IMG/VR virus record: IMGVR_UViG_3300028392_001993
Span: 64,001 to 128,000 of that record
DNA from: a virus
DNA length: 64,000 bases
Direction: 5' to 3' (one strand)
This document shows positions 62,691 to 64,000 of this stretch, piece by piece. A program made the translations under genes and the position numbers. How positions within the stretch are numbered: the first letter of the stretch is position 1; every line of letters starts with the position of its first letter. A model generated the notes under the pieces. It was given only the letters and a program-made list of their open reading frames with translations, was not told the DNA's origin and ran no database searches.

Positions 62691-64000
62691 CTATACTCCT
62701 TCCTCTGGTGGTGGATTTTCTGCAGGGGCGTCCGCTTGTACTTCTACCCCGTCCGGTAACGCTTCTGATCCTGGGGGTGGGCTAGGTATGCCTTCTTCAA
62801 ACTTGACCGAGACATCCACACCTTTGTTGTGGTAAGGATAAGGTTCGTGTGTGGGTGCTCGAGTCACAATACTTTCAAGTCCTTCAGGCACAACCTTCCA
62901 ACCTATACTAGTGTCCCATTCGGTATCATCTAACAAGGTTGTTGTTAACGGTTGTGGGTTTTCAACTTCGTCTGCGGCCGGGCCGTTTAGGTCAATTCCG
63001 TCAGCTTCTAATACTAGTGCAGAGCCAGCGCCCCAAGAACCTGATGCGCTGTTTAGTGTAAGTGTGCCATCTGCCTTGACTCCAATGGTGTCTTTGCTGT
63101 ATAAAGTAATATCTTCCTGAGCCTGTATACTCATAAATGTATCAGTTTCTATCTGCATATCTTCCATACTTTTCATTTTTAAATAACGTCCAGCAAACAT
63201 ATTGATGTCACGATCAGCATGCAAGTTGATATCGCCCTTGGTACGAACGTTCACACTGTTTGTAGCGTATACATCTACTGTGCCTTCTACTCCAAACTCT
63301 AACCAGGTTTGTCCGTTAGCGTGAATGATATAGAAAAAGTTTCCGGTGTCGCTCATGGTAATTTGATGACCTTTACTGGTACGCAATCGTATCAGCGCAT
63401 CGCCGCCTTCAAGATCGCCGTCGTCCATTACTAGGCTATGGCCGCCCACACGACCAATAACTTGTGCATCGCCTGGCTTGAGTGTTCCTGCGTTTAGTTT
63501 AGTTTTGATGTCATTGGGTTTCATGCCGCCAGAATAAATTGGTGTTCCGGGTGTGCTTACACCAAATACTGCGCTGGGAGTTTCTCGTTGACTACTGGAA
63601 TTTATAGTGCCACGTTCGTTGTCTGTTATAAGTCCTTGTTGTAGTAAGGCCTGTGCTACTACACTTTGAACAGGTTTTATACCATCAAAAAATCTTGGAT
63701 TGTTAAAAAGTTTTGTGCTGTTGGTATTAATTTCGGCTACAGGCAAGCGCGAGGCACCTGCAAAATATATTGCTTGATTTTGATTTTGTATTTTTGCTTG
63801 TGCCTTGGGAACCGAGCCAAGAGCCGGCACCATTCTACCTAGGCCTTGATCTGGAATTGTACCGATATAGTATCCTTGGCTACGGTCGCCATTGACAAAC
63901 ACACACATGACTGTGATCCCCACGTCAGGTGGAGTAAACCACATACCGTAACTGTTTTGATTGCCTGGGTACTTGCCATATTCACCTGCATTGGCTGTGC
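62691..64000 (-). CDS. Baseplate hub/central spike, T4 gp5/VgrG-like; 5' end lies outside the window
   Basis: Frame is open to the window edge (...GNQNSYGMWFTPPDVGITVMCVF = gp5 OB-fold); GGHSLVMDD...RLRTSKGHQI...GDINLHADRDINM beta-helix. Confidence 0.85.
   Translation of the reverse strand, partial: TANAGEYGKYPGNQNSYGMWFTPPDVGITVMCVFVNGDRSQGYYIGTIPDQGLGRMVPALGSVPKAQAKIQNQNQAIYFAGASRLPVAEINTNSTKLFNNPRFFDGIKPVQSVVAQALLQQGLITDNERGTINSSSQRETPSAVFGVSTPGTPIYSGGMKPNDIKTKLNAGTLKPGDAQVIGRVGGHSLVMDDGDLEGGDALIRLRTSKGHQITMSDTGNFFYIIHANGQTWLEFGVEGTVDVYATNSVNVRTKGDINLHADRDINMFAGRYLKMKSMEDMQIETDTFMSIQAQEDITLYSKDTIGVKADGTLTLNSASGSWGAGSALVLEADGIDLNGPAADEVENPQPLTTTLLDDTEWDTSIGWKVVPEGLESIVTRAPTHEPYPYHNKGVDVSVKFEEGIPSPPPGSEALPDGVEVQADAPAENPPPEEGV

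Noticed and set aside
1-64000. Stop-codon reassignment (alternative genetic code) as in some large phages
   Set aside because: Standard-code ORFs tile both strands densely, including a 14.3-kb ORF, and TAA, TGA and TAG all end genes at sensible positions.

Overview
A 64-kb segment of a large tailed dsDNA phage genome (contractile-tail, T4-superfamily-like myovirus; host not determinable, but the promoters are sigma70-type and the omega subunit looks proteobacterial). No rRNA, tRNA or CRISPR array was seen. There are three zones. (1) About 1-13.3 kb, mostly + strand: an early/auxiliary region with rubrerythrin (partial), rubredoxin, an RNA polymerase omega (RpoZ) homologue, a metallophosphoesterase, a 2OG-Fe(II) oxygenase, a MoxR AAA ATPase with a metallopeptidase-vWA partner, many small ORFs behind repeated TTGACC-N17-TATAAT promoters, thyX, and a convergent free-standing GIY-YIG homing endonuclease. 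(2) About 11.3-39.9 kb: a roughly 28-kb sugar-building and tailoring cluster with an NDP-sugar epimerase/dehydratase, a DegT-type aminotransferase, an amidinotransferase, a NodU/CmcH carbamoyltransferase, a sulfotransferase-like protein, an SGNH-like protein, four GT10-like and four GT-A-fold glycosyltransferase-like proteins, and EIGHT radical SAM enzymes, seven with an N-terminal SPASM/Twitch-like Cys module. (3) About 39.9-64 kb, - strand: a late virion module with a Thr-rich structural protein, a tail fibre with a C-terminal autocleaving chaperone, a 4770-aa giant baseplate protein (FG-GAP and CBM-like modules), and gp6-, gp25- and gp5-like baseplate genes. The best candidate for a new system is zone 2, which I infer to be a phage-encoded pathway that builds and heavily tailors a glycan, possibly on the adjacent virion proteins. 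All functional calls come from motif recognition by eye; no database searches were run.
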